Shown: positions 18,579 through 29,027, numbered from the stretch's first letter. The stretch: 64,000 nucleotides of DNA from an uncultured Actinomycetota bacterium (GCA_963718235.1 CAVQYR010000001.1:1504001-1568000); one strand, 5' to 3'. Numbers and translations: made by a program. The notes: generated by a model from the sequence alone, not told the origin.

Positions 18579-19838
18579 GTGAGCCGCGCGGGCACCCTGG
18601 TGGCGGCCGCGGCCGTCGCCACGGTTCTGGGGCTGCTCGGGCCCGCTCAGTCTGGCCACGCGTCCAGCCCAGCCACCCCGGCCTGGTTCGACCGATCGGT
18701 GCACGGCGTCACCGATGCCGTGCTGGGGGCATTGGCCACCGGCCAGCTCGACCAGGTGGTGGCCCGCCGGGCCCGGGCCGTGCAGGACAAGGACGCGGCC
18801 GCCTTCGTCGCTGACGCCAGGCCGTTCGCCGTCCCTTCGGCGCGCGCCGCCGCTCGGGGACTGCGCGCGGTTCCCTTCCAGCGCTACGCACTGCGGGTGG
18901 TGTCCGTCACGTCGGACGACGTGCGGGCCGGAGTGCTCGACGGTCAGGTGCGCCTGCGCTACCGCCTGCCCGGTGACACCACGGATGTGGTCCGCGACGT
19001 CGCGGTCGGCCTGCGCCGCGAGGGCGCACGCTGGTCGCTGGCCCGGTGGACCCCCGAGCAGGCCGACCTGTGGGACCTCGGCCCGGTCGCGGTCTCCCGG
19101 CGTGGCGCTGCCCTCGTCCTCGGCTCGGCGCGGACGTTCGACCGGGCCGAGCTGGACGGGCTGGCCGACCTGACCGCTGCTGCCCTGCGTTCCGTGGACG
19201 ACGTGTGGCCGTACCGCTGGGCACGCCGGGCCACCGTGGTCCTCCCGGCCGACACCCGGGCCATGGTCGCCCTGCTCGATGCCGGTTCCGACGTGTCCGG
19301 ACTCGCCGGGATCACCACGGTCGAGCGTGCCCATCGAGGTGTCGCAGTGCGGGTCACGGTCAACCCTCGCTTCTACCCGACCCTGGCACCGGTGGCCCGG
19401 CAGATCGTGCTGCGGCACGAGCTGACCCACGTGGCGCAGTTCGGGCTGGACCGGGCGGGGGTCCCGCAGTGGCTGGTCGAGGGGCTGGCCGAGCACGTGG
19501 GCTACGCCGGCAGCGGGGTGTCCCGGTCCTACGTCGCCGCCGACCTGCTCGGCCAGGTGCGCTCGGGAAACACCCCCAAGCAGCTTCCGGACGACGACGC
19601 CTTCGCCTTCGCGGCGAGCCGGGCGGCGCGAGGGCTGGCCTACCGCAGCGGGTGGACGGCGTGTGAGTTCATCTCCGACACCTTCGGCGAAGCGCAGCTG
19701 ATCCGCTTCTACCGTGCCGTCGCAGCGGGTTCGGGGTCCTCAGCCAGGCGGGTGCGTCAGGCGAGTCGGGACATCCTGTCGCTGACGACTGCGCAGCTCA
19801 CGTCCGGCTGGCAGTCGTGGCTGCGGGAGCTCGCGTGA
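18579..19838 (+). CDS. Secreted peptidase MA-like protein (Rv2189c-like)
   Basis: Signal peptide; LRHELTHVA and PQWLVEGLAEHV zinc-peptidase motifs. Confidence 0.75.
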   Translation: MSRAGTLVAAAAVATVLGLLGPAQSGHASSPATPAWFDRSVHGVTDAVLGALATGQLDQVVARRARAVQDKDAAAFVADARPFAVPSARAAARGLRAVPFQRYALRVVSVTSDDVRAGVLDGQVRLRYRLPGDTTDVVRDVAVGLRREGARWSLARWTPEQADLWDLGPVAVSRRGAALVLGSARTFDRAELDGLADLTAAALRSVDDVWPYRWARRATVVLPADTRAMVALLDAGSDVSGLAGITTVERAHRGVAVRVTVNPRFYPTLAPVARQIVLRHELTHVAQFGLDRAGVPQWLVEGLAEHVGYAGSGVSRSYVAADLLGQVRSGNTPKQLPDDDAFAFAASRAARGLAYRSGWTACEFISDTFGEAQLIRFYRAVAAGSGSSARRVRQASRDILSLTTAQLTSGWQSWLRELA

Positions 19839-21139
19839 CCCCGCGCGCGGCCGCCGTGCTGGTGCTCGCCGTCCTGGTGCCCCTGCTGGCCCTCGCGATC
19901 CTGCTGCTGACGCCGTGGCGTCCCATGGGCGACGTCTCGTCGGCCGACCGCGTGGCCCCCCGGGTGGCGGGCGACTTCACCGAGCAGGAGGTGGCCACGG
20001 GGGAGTCCTTCGCTTCTGCGATCAGGGTTCCGGGCTATCTGGCCCTGGCCACCGGGCTGCTGGTCGGGGCGGTGCTGGGGTTCACGCCGCTGGGCGCTCG
20101 GCTGGTCACCGCGGCGGCGCGCCCGGTCGGGGGCGGCTGGCTGGCCCAGGTGCTGCTCGGCGGGCTGGCGGTGCTCCTGGTCGTGCGCCTGGCCACCCTT
20201 CCGTTCGGGTTCTGGGCTGAGTCCCTGCGTCGGTCGGCCGGCCTGTCGACCCGGTCGTGGGGGGACTGGACGCTCGACGTCGCGAAGGGTTTCGGGGTCA
20301 ACGCGGTCCTGATGCTGCTCATCCTGACCGCGTTGGTCGGGCTGGCCCGGGCTCTGCCTCGGTGGTGGTGGGCTCCGGCCGCACTGGGCGCGGCGACCCT
20401 CGTGGTCGTCGTGTCGTTCGCGTACCCGCTGGTCGTGGAGCCGGTGTTCAACCGCTTCACCCCGATGGCCGACGGTCCCCTGCGGACCTCGCTGCTCCAG
20501 CTCGCCGACGACGACGGTGTCAGCGTCGACGACGTGCTGGTCGCCGACGCCAGCCGACGCACGTCGACGTTGAACGCCTACGTCTCGGGGTTCGCCGGGA
20601 GCCGTCGGATCGTCGTCTACGACACGTTGCTGGACCAGGCGCCTGCCGACGAGGTGCGGCTGGTCGTGGCTCACGAGCTCGGGCACGCCAAGGAGCACGA
20701 TGTGGCCAAGGGCACGGCGTTGGGGGCCTTGGGCGCTGCGGTGACGGTGGTCGCGCTGTACCTGCTGCTGGCCTGGCGGCCGCTGCTCGACGCGTCTGGT
20801 GCGCAGTCGGCCGGAGACCCCCGGGTCCTCGCGCTGGTGCTGTCGCTGATCGCGATCGGGACGTTCGTCACCGCACCCGTCCAGGCCGTGGTGAGCCGTC
20901 AGGTCGAGGCCCGTGCGGACGTCCACGCGTTGGACCTCACCCACGACCCGACGACGTTCGCCCTGATGCAGAAGCGGCTGGCGGTCACGGCGCGCGCCGA
21001 CTTGACGCCGCCTTCCCTGGGCTTCTTCTGGTTCGGGTCGCACCCCACGGCTCCGCAACGCATCGCCTTGTCCCGAACCTGGGCCAACGTCCACGGGGTG
21101 CCCGAGCCGGGACCGCTGCTGGAGGAGGCGAACCGTTGA
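19835..21139 (+). CDS. M48 family (Ste24-like) membrane metallopeptidase
   Basis: DASRRT..LNAYVSG, AHELGH, EARAD, SHPT..QRI. Confidence 0.92.
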   Translation: MTPRAAAVLVLAVLVPLLALAILLLTPWRPMGDVSSADRVAPRVAGDFTEQEVATGESFASAIRVPGYLALATGLLVGAVLGFTPLGARLVTAAARPVGGGWLAQVLLGGLAVLLVVRLATLPFGFWAESLRRSAGLSTRSWGDWTLDVAKGFGVNAVLMLLILTALVGLARALPRWWWAPAALGAATLVVVVSFAYPLVVEPVFNRFTPMADGPLRTSLLQLADDDGVSVDDVLVADASRRTSTLNAYVSGFAGSRRIVVYDTLLDQAPADEVRLVVAHELGHAKEHDVAKGTALGALGAAVTVVALYLLLAWRPLLDASGAQSAGDPRVLALVLSLIAIGTFVTAPVQAVVSRQVEARADVHALDLTHDPTTFALMQKRLAVTARADLTPPSLGFFWFGSHPTAPQRIALSRTWANVHGVPEPGPLLEEANR

Positions 21140-22275
21140 CCCGGGTCCTGGTCGTCACCAACGACTTCCCGCCCCGGTCCGGGGGGATCCAGACCTTCGT
21201 GCACGAGCTGGTGCGCCGGCTTCCGCCCGACGGCGTCGTCGTGTACACGTCGAAGTGGCGTGGCTGGGAGGCGTTCGACGCCGAGCAGGCGTTCCCCGTG
21301 GTCCGCGAGGACACCAAGGTGCTGCTGCCGACCCCCGGTGCGCGGCGTCGCGCGGTGTCGCTCCTCCAGCAGCACGGGTGCGACGCGGTGCTCTTCGGCG
21401 CGGCGGCGCCCCTCGGGCTGCTCGGTCCTTCGCTGCGCAACGCCGGGGCTCAGCGCGTGGTGGCGCTGACCCACGGGCACGAGGCGGGGTGGGCCCAGCT
21501 GCCCGGTCCCCGCCAGGTGCTCCGGAGGATCGGAGACGGCGTCGACACCGTCACGTACCTGGGTGAGTACACCCGCACCCGGATCGCCTCCGCGCTCACT
21601 CCGGCGGCGGCTGCGCAGATGGTGCGGCTGACCCCCGGCGTCGACACCACGGTGTTCCGCCCCGACCCGTTGGGGCGGGCTCGCGTCCGCGCCCGGCACG
21701 GACTGGGGGACCGTCCCGTGGTCGTGTGCGTGTCGCGCCTCATGCCACGCAAGGGTCAGGACGTGCTGGTGCGGGTCTGGCCGCAGGTGGTGCGGTCAGT
21801 CCCGGGCGCCGCCCTGCTCGTCGTCGGGGGAGGGCCCTACCGCAAGCGGCTGCGGCGGATGGTGGCCGACCGCGGTCTGACCAGCGACGTGGTGCTGACC
21901 GGCGGCGTGCCCTTCGAGGAGCTGCCCGCCCACTTCGCGGCCGGTGACGTCTTCGCGATGCCGGCGCGCACCCGCAACCGTGGCCTGGACGTCGAGGGGC
22001 TGGGAATCGTCTACCTCGAGGCCTCGGCCACGATGCTCCCGGTGATCGCCGGGGACTCCGGCGGTGCCCCCGACGCCGTGCTCCCCGAGCAGACGGGGGT
22101 GGTGGTCGACGGTCACTCCGACTCGGCGGTCTGCCAACAGGTCGTCGGCTTGCTCACCGACCCCGAGCGGCGGGCTCGGATGGGGGTTCGGGGGCGGGCC
22201 TGGGTCGAGGAGCAGTGGAGCTGGGACCAGCAGGCGCGGGTGCTGGCCGGCCTGCTCGACCCGGCGTCGCGCTAG
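21136..22275 (+). CDS. pimB: GT4 glycosyltransferase, phosphatidylinositol mannoside mannosyltransferase PimB'-like
   Basis: VLVVTNDFPPRSGGIQ, THGHE, SRLMPRKGQD, EGLGIVYLEA; TTGA overlap. Confidence 0.88.
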   Translation: MTRVLVVTNDFPPRSGGIQTFVHELVRRLPPDGVVVYTSKWRGWEAFDAEQAFPVVREDTKVLLPTPGARRRAVSLLQQHGCDAVLFGAAAPLGLLGPSLRNAGAQRVVALTHGHEAGWAQLPGPRQVLRRIGDGVDTVTYLGEYTRTRIASALTPAAAAQMVRLTPGVDTTVFRPDPLGRARVRARHGLGDRPVVVCVSRLMPRKGQDVLVRVWPQVVRSVPGAALLVVGGGPYRKRLRRMVADRGLTSDVVLTGGVPFEELPAHFAAGDVFAMPARTRNRGLDVEGLGIVYLEASATMLPVIAGDSGGAPDAVLPEQTGVVVDGHSDSAVCQQVVGLLTDPERRARMGVRGRAWVEEQWSWDQQARVLAGLLDPASR

Positions 22276-22339
22276 CGGTGCGGCCCAGGACGCCGGTCGA
22301 GCGGCTGCCGAGAGAGGCGGTCCCGACGGTGGGTGGGGT

Positions 22340-23851
22340 CTAGCCGCCGGAGACGGTGGTCACGACTCGGGCGCGGGTGGTGGGCTGCTGCCACAGCCGC
22401 CAGGTGTCCGCCAGGCTCAGTCCGGCCCAGGCCACGAACGGAAGCACGAGCAGCAGCGGCGCCCACCACAGGTCGGTGAGTGAGACCCCGCTGAACAGCA
22501 ACCCGGTGCACGTCGTCATCCCGGCGAGCTTGACCGAGTACACGACGGTGGCCCCGGGCGGTGCGGGGGTGTCCCGGTTGCCCAGCAGGTCGGCCCGGTG
22601 CGGGTGCAGGACCGACGAGCGCTGGGCGCTGGCGACGACCAGCGCGGTGCAGGCGAGCCCGCAGCCCACGGTGGCGGTCACCTGGGCCACCGACTCCGGC
22701 GTCGGGGCGCGCAGCGAGCCGCTGATCAGCGCCACCCCCACCGCGAGCAGAGTCGTCTCGGCGGTGACGTAGGTCTTCGCCACGAAGGCTGGGCGCATCC
22801 ATCCGGGCAACGTGGACAGCCACAGGGCACCGCTGGAGTCGAGCGCGAACACGTTGATCCCGAACACCAGTCCGGCGCCCGCGGCGACCAGTCCCGGCAG
22901 CAGGACCAGCGACTGCCAGGACAAGGCTGCGGCCGCTGCCACCGCGCCCGGCAGCAGCAGCAGCACGATCAGCCCGCGGCGCAGGGGTGGTGCCCTCCAG
23001 ACGCTCGCCCGGTCGACGGCGATCAGCTCGGCCAGCGGCGACGAGCCGGGTCGCCGGCGGGCGACCCGGCTGGCGCTGGTGAGCCGGTGCTGGTCACCCG
23101 GGCGCCGCAGGGCCCAGGCGCTGAGCCGGCTGCCGGCGTAGAAGGCCAGGATCGACCCCACCACCAGGACGCAGAGGCCGAACCACCAGGAGAGCCAGTC
23201 CCCGCGGTAGCCGGCGACGGCGGTGTTCAGCGCCTGCGTCGTCGGGGAGTGGTTGAGCACCGGCACGGTCAGCCCTGCCCGGGCCGAGTACAGGACGACG
23301 ACACCGAGCAGCGCGGCCAGGAACCAGGTGCCGACCCGGCCGGCCCGTCGTTGCCGCAGGCCGATGATCAGCCAGGCGGTCGCCTGGCCGAGCAGGGTCA
23401 CGCAGGTCACGTAGACCAGCGACGTGGCCACCGGGAGCACGGTGAACCCCGACAGCGGGCCGGCGGCCAGACCCGTGACCACGATCACGGCGACGACGTT
23501 GAGCAACCAGGCGAGGTTGGCCGGCACCAGGGCCAGCGCGGTCAGGAACTGGGTGTGGGCGCGGGTCGGGTAGGCCACGAGCTGGTCGGCCGGGTACAGC
23601 ACGTTTCCTCCCCCGGCGGCCAGGGGTGCGAGAACGGCCAGGACGACGAAGGCCAGGTAGAGGGTCGGTGCGGACACGGCGAGGGTCAACGCCACCTGCT
23701 GGGGGACGAACCCGGACAGAAGCACACCGGAGAGGGTCAGGAGGACAGGCAGGGTGGCCAGGAGCACCAGTCCGATCCGCAGGGGGTGGCTTCGGATCAT
23801 CGTCCAGCGCAGCCTGACCAGGGCCACCAGCTGCGACGACGAGCGGGTCAT
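22340..23851 (-). CDS. ABC transporter permease-like multi-pass membrane protein
   Basis: About 12 hydrophobic segments from MTRSSSQLVAL; ATGA overlap with the ABC ATPase. Confidence 0.75.
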   Translation of the reverse strand: MTRSSSQLVALVRLRWTMIRSHPLRIGLVLLATLPVLLTLSGVLLSGFVPQQVALTLAVSAPTLYLAFVVLAVLAPLAAGGGNVLYPADQLVAYPTRAHTQFLTALALVPANLAWLLNVVAVIVVTGLAAGPLSGFTVLPVATSLVYVTCVTLLGQATAWLIIGLRQRRAGRVGTWFLAALLGVVVLYSARAGLTVPVLNHSPTTQALNTAVAGYRGDWLSWWFGLCVLVVGSILAFYAGSRLSAWALRRPGDQHRLTSASRVARRRPGSSPLAELIAVDRASVWRAPPLRRGLIVLLLLPGAVAAAAALSWQSLVLLPGLVAAGAGLVFGINVFALDSSGALWLSTLPGWMRPAFVAKTYVTAETTLLAVGVALISGSLRAPTPESVAQVTATVGCGLACTALVVASAQRSSVLHPHRADLLGNRDTPAPPGATVVYSVKLAGMTTCTGLLFSGVSLTDLWWAPLLLVLPFVAWAGLSLADTWRLWQQPTTRARVVTTVSGG

Positions 23852-24585
23852 GACAGCAGCGACCGGTAGCGCTCGGCGCCCTGGTCGCCGGCGAGCTCGG
23901 CCACGGGTGCGGCGGCCACCACCTGTCCGCGACGCAGAACCACGGCCTCGTCGCAGGCCTGCACGGCCAGGGGGAGCAGGTGGGTGGAGACCACGACCGC
24001 CGAGCCGTTGGCGCGCAGCTCGTCGATCAGGGTCATGGTGGCCTCGACGCCGATCGGGTCGACCCCGTCGAAGGGCTCGTCGAGCAGCAGCACCTCGGGT
24101 TCGTGGAACGCGGCCAGCAGGACCGACATCCGACGCCCCATGCCGTGGGAGAAGCCCGCGGTGATCCGGTCGCTCTCGCCGCCGAGGTCGAACCGGTCGA
24201 GCAGCTGGCGGGCCCGGGACTGCCAGCCGGAGCCGGTACCCCGCAGTCGCGCAGCCAGCTCGAGGTGCTCCCACGGGGTGGCCCGAGGGATGAGGCCCCC
24301 GACGTCTGGGCAGTAGCCGACCCGCTCCCTCACCCCGTCGGGGTCCGACGCCACGTCGACCCCACCCACCCGAACGCCTCCGGACGTGGGCGGCAGCACC
24401 CCGGCGAGGACCTTGAGGGTGGTCGACTTGCCTGCGCCGTTGCGCCCCACCAGGGCTACCGACGCACCGGCGGGCACCGACAGGTCGAACCCGGACACGG
24501 CAAGGACCGGGCCGAACGACACCGTCAGGCCCGAGACGTCGAGTACGGGGGTCATCGCCGCGTCCATCGGCGCAACCATCGGCAC
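23848..24585 (-). CDS. ABC transporter ATP-binding protein
   Basis: GRNGAGKST, FSHGM signature, LLLDEP, STH. Confidence 0.93.
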   Translation of the reverse strand: MPMVAPMDAAMTPVLDVSGLTVSFGPVLAVSGFDLSVPAGASVALVGRNGAGKSTTLKVLAGVLPPTSGGVRVGGVDVASDPDGVRERVGYCPDVGGLIPRATPWEHLELAARLRGTGSGWQSRARQLLDRFDLGGESDRITAGFSHGMGRRMSVLLAAFHEPEVLLLDEPFDGVDPIGVEATMTLIDELRANGSAVVVSTHLLPLAVQACDEAVVLRRGQVVAAAPVAELAGDQGAERYRSLLS

Positions 24586-24626
24586 GGGGGCGGTCGGTCT
24601 GAACGTGGCGTTCGGACGAACAACGG

Positions 24627-26417
24627 TCAGGAGTACAGCGCGTCGATCTCCTCGGCGAACTCCGCGGCCACGGCTTGGCGGCGCACCTTGAGGGTCGGGG
24701 TGAGATGGCCGGCGCCTTCGGTGAGGTCGACCGGCAGCACGGTGAAGCGCTTGATCGCCTCGGCGCGCGAGACCGCATGGTTGGCCTCGGCGACCGCGTC
24801 GGCGATCGCGGCCCGGATCTCCTCGTCGTCGACCAGCGCGCGTGGGTCGGTGAAGGGTCGGCCGTGCTCGTCGAGCCAGTGCGGCAGCGCCTCGGCGTCC
24901 AGGGTGACCAGAGCAGCGACATAGGGCCGGCCGTCACCGACGACCATGGCCTGGCTGACGAGGGGGTGGGCCCGCAGGCGGTCCTCCAGCGCTGCCGGGG
25001 CGACGTTCTTGCCCCCCGAGGTGACCAGGATCTCCTTGAGCCGACCGGTGATCGACAGGTACCCCTCGTCGTCCAACGTGCCCAGGTCGCCGGTCCGGAG
25101 CCAGCCGTCGGGGTCGATGGCTGCGTCGCTGGCGTGCCCGTTGTTCCAGTACCCACGCATGATGTGCGGCCCGCGCAGCCACACCTCGCCGTCGTCGGAG
25201 ATGGCGACCTCAGTCCCCGGGAGCGGTCGCCCGACACTGCCGATCCGCTGGTGGGTGGGCGTGTTGACGGTGGCTGCTGCCGTCGTCTCGGTGAGGCCGT
25301 ACCCCTCGAGCACGGTGACACCGACACCGCGGAAGAAGTGAGCCAGCCGCGGGCCGAGGGCGGCACCCCCTGAGATCGCCCACGACACGTTGCCGCCCAT
25401 GGCCGCGCGCAGCTTCCGGTAGACGAGGCGGTCCAGCAGCGCGTGCCGGATCCGAAGCGACGTCGAGACCGTCTCGGCATCAAGTGCCCGGCTGTACTCG
25501 AGGGCGACCCGGGTGGCCTCGGCGAAGATCCGGCCCTTGCCCTCGCTCACGGCTCGTTGCTCGGCCCCGCTGTAGATCTTCTCGAACACGCGGGGGACGG
25601 CGAGGACGAAGGAGGGTCGGATCTGCGCGAGCTGCTCGGCCAGCACCCGAGGGTCGGGGCAGTGGGCGACCCGGATCCCCGCGCTGACGCAGGCCACGGC
25701 GATGTCGCGGGCGAACACGTGGGCGAGGGGAAGGAACAGCAGCGTGGAGGCGTCGGGGACGTCGAAGAGCGCGTCGAGGGCGCTGATCGCACTGGCTGAG
25801 TCGAACAGGAGGTTGCCGTGGGTGAGCTCGACCCCCTTGGGCCGCCCCGTCGTCCCCGAGGTGTAGATCAGCGTGGCCAGCGAGCTGCGGTCGAGGGCGG
25901 CACGCCGGTCCGCGAGCGGCGCAGGGTCCTGGCCGGCTCCGTTCGTGGCGAGGTCGTCCACGGCGCCCGCGTCGATCGACCACACCGAACGCAGGTCTGG
26001 GCACCGGGACCGCACGTCGGCGACCAGCTGATCGTGCGCGGTCGTCTCGACCACCACGCCCACGGCACCGGAGTCGGACAGGATCCACTGCACCTGCTCG
26101 GCCGACGAGGTCTCGTAGATCGGCACCGGCACGGCTCCCGCCGTCCACAGTGCGAAGTCGACCAAGGTCCACTCGTAGCGGGTGCGGGACAAGACGCCCA
26201 CCCGGTCACCGGGTTCGACCCCGGCCGCCACGAACCCCAGGGCCACCTGCTCGACCTGCTGCGCCCAGGCCTGCGCCGTGACCGGGTTCCAACGACCGCC
26301 CTGGGGGCGTTCGAACAGGACGAGGCCGGGTCGGGAGCGGGCGATCCGGTGCACCAGGTCGCCGAGGGCGTCGTGCGGGGCTCCGGACACGGGGGCTGGC
26401 GACGACGCGGTACGCAC
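24627..26417 (-). CDS. Long-chain fatty acid--CoA ligase (FadD15-like)
   Basis: IYTSGTTGRPKG, EGYGLTET, LRTGDLG, GKNVAP, TPTLKVRR; GGGAGG SD before GTG 26417. Confidence 0.93.
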   Translation of the reverse strand: MRTASSPAPVSGAPHDALGDLVHRIARSRPGLVLFERPQGGRWNPVTAQAWAQQVEQVALGFVAAGVEPGDRVGVLSRTRYEWTLVDFALWTAGAVPVPIYETSSAEQVQWILSDSGAVGVVVETTAHDQLVADVRSRCPDLRSVWSIDAGAVDDLATNGAGQDPAPLADRRAALDRSSLATLIYTSGTTGRPKGVELTHGNLLFDSASAISALDALFDVPDASTLLFLPLAHVFARDIAVACVSAGIRVAHCPDPRVLAEQLAQIRPSFVLAVPRVFEKIYSGAEQRAVSEGKGRIFAEATRVALEYSRALDAETVSTSLRIRHALLDRLVYRKLRAAMGGNVSWAISGGAALGPRLAHFFRGVGVTVLEGYGLTETTAAATVNTPTHQRIGSVGRPLPGTEVAISDDGEVWLRGPHIMRGYWNNGHASDAAIDPDGWLRTGDLGTLDDEGYLSITGRLKEILVTSGGKNVAPAALEDRLRAHPLVSQAMVVGDGRPYVAALVTLDAEALPHWLDEHGRPFTDPRALVDDEEIRAAIADAVAEANHAVSRAEAIKRFTVLPVDLTEGAGHLTPTLKVRRQAVAAEFAEEIDALYS

Positions 26418-26525
26418 GGCTTCCTCCCAGAGGTCAGTCAGGGACCTCCGGACGCTACCCGGTGGAGGGCCGGCTCGCGCGGGTGACGATTCAAGGGAGT
26501 TCGGCCAGACGCCGACGAAACGCTC

Positions 26526-26969
26526 ATGACGTCTTCCACGCAGCTCGCCTGCTCCCAGTGCGGGGCCCTGGCGCGTCCGGACGCCGACTGGTGCTCGCTG
26601 TGCCTCCACCCCCTGCGCGCACCCGTGGTCGAGGCGCCGCTGGACCCGCTGACCGCGCCGCTCGACCAGCTGGTGGGCGAGCCGGTCGCCGTCCCCGTGG
26701 CCGAGCCGCCCCCGGTGGCCGACCACTGGGCGTCGGAGACCACGGACCCGCCCGGGCCCGTGGCCCCAGCACCTGGACCGCCGGACCCCGACACCGTCGA
26801 GGTCATGCTCGCGATGCTGGCCGCCGAGACCCGCAACGGCGACCCCGTCGCACCCCTGGCCGGAAGGCTCAGCGACAAGGGGACCCGGGTGGCGGTGACC
26901 ATCGCCGGCATCGCCGTGATGACGGTGGTCTCGTTGGCCGTGCTCCTCGTGGTCGGCGCGCTCACCTGA
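26526..26969 (+). CDS. Hypothetical protein: N-terminal zinc ribbon, Pro-rich linker, C-terminal TM anchor
   Basis: CSQC...CSLC; hydrophobic C-terminus. Confidence 0.7.
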   Translation: MTSSTQLACSQCGALARPDADWCSLCLHPLRAPVVEAPLDPLTAPLDQLVGEPVAVPVAEPPPVADHWASETTDPPGPVAPAPGPPDPDTVEVMLAMLAAETRNGDPVAPLAGRLSDKGTRVAVTIAGIAVMTVVSLAVLLVVGALT

Positions 26970-27053
26970 CCGAGGGGCCCGGGACTTCGGCTCGCTAGGG
27001 TTCGACCGTCGGCATTGACACCGCCGTCCGAGTCGAGCCGCTGAGAGGACCCC

Positions 27054-27494
27054 ATGGCCGAGCGAACCACGTCGCACATCTCCATCGCAGCGCCTGCGTC
27101 GCAGATCATGGCCGTGATCGCGGACCTCGAGGCGTACCCGGAGTGGACCGGTTCGGTGAAGTCCGTGGAGATCCTCAGCGTCTTCGACGACGAGGACGAA
27201 CGCCCGGCCGAGGCCACCTTCGTGCTGGATGCGGGGGCGATCAAGGACACCTACACCCTCGCCTACGAGTGGGAGGACGACACCTTGGTCAGCTGGACCC
27301 TGGTCCGCGGCGAGATCCTCACCGCGATGACCGGCAGCTACCGGCTCACCGACAACGGCGACGGCACGACCGACGTCGCGTACGCCCTGGAGCTGGACAT
27401 CAAGATCCCGATGATCGGCCTGCTGCGCCGCAAGGCCGAGAAGGTGATCACCGACACCGCGTTGAAGGAGCTGCAGAAGCGGGTCAGCAGCTGA
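27054..27494 (+). CDS. SRPBCC (cyclase/dehydrase) family protein, Rv2185c-like
   Basis: IADLEAYPEW, DAGAIKDTYTLAY, LRRKAEKVITDTALKEL. Confidence 0.9.
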   Translation: MAERTTSHISIAAPASQIMAVIADLEAYPEWTGSVKSVEILSVFDDEDERPAEATFVLDAGAIKDTYTLAYEWEDDTLVSWTLVRGEILTAMTGSYRLTDNGDGTTDVAYALELDIKIPMIGLLRRKAEKVITDTALKELQKRVSS

Positions 27495-27519
27495 CCCGGA
27501 AGGCCGGTAGCCTCGCCGG

Positions 27520-28713
27520 GTGCGCGTCGTGATGTTCACCGGCAAGGGCGGGGTCGGAAAGACCACCGCGGCTGCCGGCGCCGCCGTGCTCGCGGCCCAC
27601 CGCGGACTCAAGACCCTCGTGCTGTCGACCGACCCCGCACACTCGCTGGCCGATGCCTTGGCGGTCCCCGTCCGGGCCGAGCCGGACGAGGCGCTGCCCG
27701 GCCTGTTCGTGCAGCAGGTCGACTCGCAGCGCCGGCTCGAGCACTCGTGGCGGGAGATCCAGGAGTACCTCATGGCCGTGCTCGACGGGGCGGGCTTCGA
27801 CGCCGTCGCGGCCGAGGAGCTCACCGTGCTGCCCGGGGCGGAGGAGGTCCTGGCCCTGCTCGAGGTGCGTGACCAGGTGCGCTCGGGGCGGTGGGACGTC
27901 GTGGTCCTCGACTGTGCGCCCACCGCGGAGACCCTGCGGCTCCTGGCCCTGCCCGAGGCGCTTCAGTGGTACCTCGACCGGATGGCTCCGGTGCGCCGCC
28001 AGGTGGCGCGCTCGCTCCGGCCGATCCTGGGTCGGATGCTCGACACCAGCGGCGCCCCGGTCCCCGACCCACACGTGCTCGACGCCGTCGGGAGGCTCCA
28101 ACGCGAGCTGGCCGAGGTCCATGAGGTGCTCACCGCCCCTGGCACCTCGGTCCGGCTGGTCCTGACCCCGGAGTCGGTGGTGGTGGCTGAGGCCCGGCGC
28201 ACGCTGACCACCTTGGCGCTGTACGGCTACCGGGTCGACGGGGTGGTCGCGAACCGGGTGTTCCCCCAGGACGGGGCAGACGACTGGCGCGCCGGGTGGG
28301 TGGCCGCGCAGACGCCGGTCCTCGCCGAGGTCGAGGCGTCGTTCGCCCCGCTGCCGCTGTACCGCTCGCCCTACCAGCCGGCCGAGCCGATCGGGCCGGA
28401 CGCACTGCTGGCGCTGACCGAGACGGTGTACCGCGACGCCGACCCGTTCGCCGTCCCGACCGCCCAGGACCTGATGACCGTGGACCGTGACGGCACCGAC
28501 TTCGTGCTGCGCCTGGCGCTGCCTCTGGCCAGCCGCAGCGACCTCGAGCTCACTCGGGTCGCCGACGACCTGGTCGTGACCGTGGGCGCGTACCGGCGGG
28601 TCCTGGCCCTGCCGGGCGCGCTCAAGCGGTGCGAGGTCACCTCGGCGGCACTGGACGACGGCCGGCTCAGCGTCACCTTCCGGCCCGACCCCTCGCTGTG
28701 GAGGTCGTCGTGA
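27520..28713 (+). CDS. ArsA/GET3 family ATPase with HSP20-like C-terminal domain
   Basis: GKGGVGKTT, STDPAHSL, DCAPTAET. Confidence 0.93.
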   Translation: MRVVMFTGKGGVGKTTAAAGAAVLAAHRGLKTLVLSTDPAHSLADALAVPVRAEPDEALPGLFVQQVDSQRRLEHSWREIQEYLMAVLDGAGFDAVAAEELTVLPGAEEVLALLEVRDQVRSGRWDVVVLDCAPTAETLRLLALPEALQWYLDRMAPVRRQVARSLRPILGRMLDTSGAPVPDPHVLDAVGRLQRELAEVHEVLTAPGTSVRLVLTPESVVVAEARRTLTTLALYGYRVDGVVANRVFPQDGADDWRAGWVAAQTPVLAEVEASFAPLPLYRSPYQPAEPIGPDALLALTETVYRDADPFAVPTAQDLMTVDRDGTDFVLRLALPLASRSDLELTRVADDLVVTVGAYRRVLALPGALKRCEVTSAALDDGRLSVTFRPDPSLWRSS

Positions 28714-29027
28714 GCGCCGGGGCCGAGGAGCCCCTCGGGTCCGCGGCGGAGGAGGCCGCCCGGCTGGCCGACGCGGTCGGCTCCTGGCTCAACGACCACC
28801 TGGCCGACGGGTCGTCGTCGTGCTCGGTGTGCCCGGTCTGTCAGCTGGTGACCGTCCTGCGCGAGACGCAGCCGGAGATCGCCGAGCACCTGACGAGGGC
28901 CGGTGAGTCGCTGGTCGCCGCCCTGCGTGCCGCCACCGCGTCGCACGAGCGGGCGTGGGCCCGGCCGGACCGACCGACCGTGCAGCGGATCGACATCGAC
29001 CCGCACGAAGCCGGTCCGGCAGAGTAG
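28710..29027 (+). CDS. DUF5304/SCO2127-like protein
   Basis: EEAARLADA, CSVCPVCQ, PEIAEHL, VQRIDID; lies between arsA-like gene and glkA. Confidence 0.8.
   Translation: MSAGAEEPLGSAAEEAARLADAVGSWLNDHLADGSSSCSVCPVCQLVTVLRETQPEIAEHLTRAGESLVAALRAATASHERAWARPDRPTVQRIDIDPHEAGPAE

Noticed and set aside
22340-27923. Apparent 1047-aa and 1098-aa giant proteins
   Set aside because: N-terminal extensions run through other genes; the supported starts are 23851 and 26417
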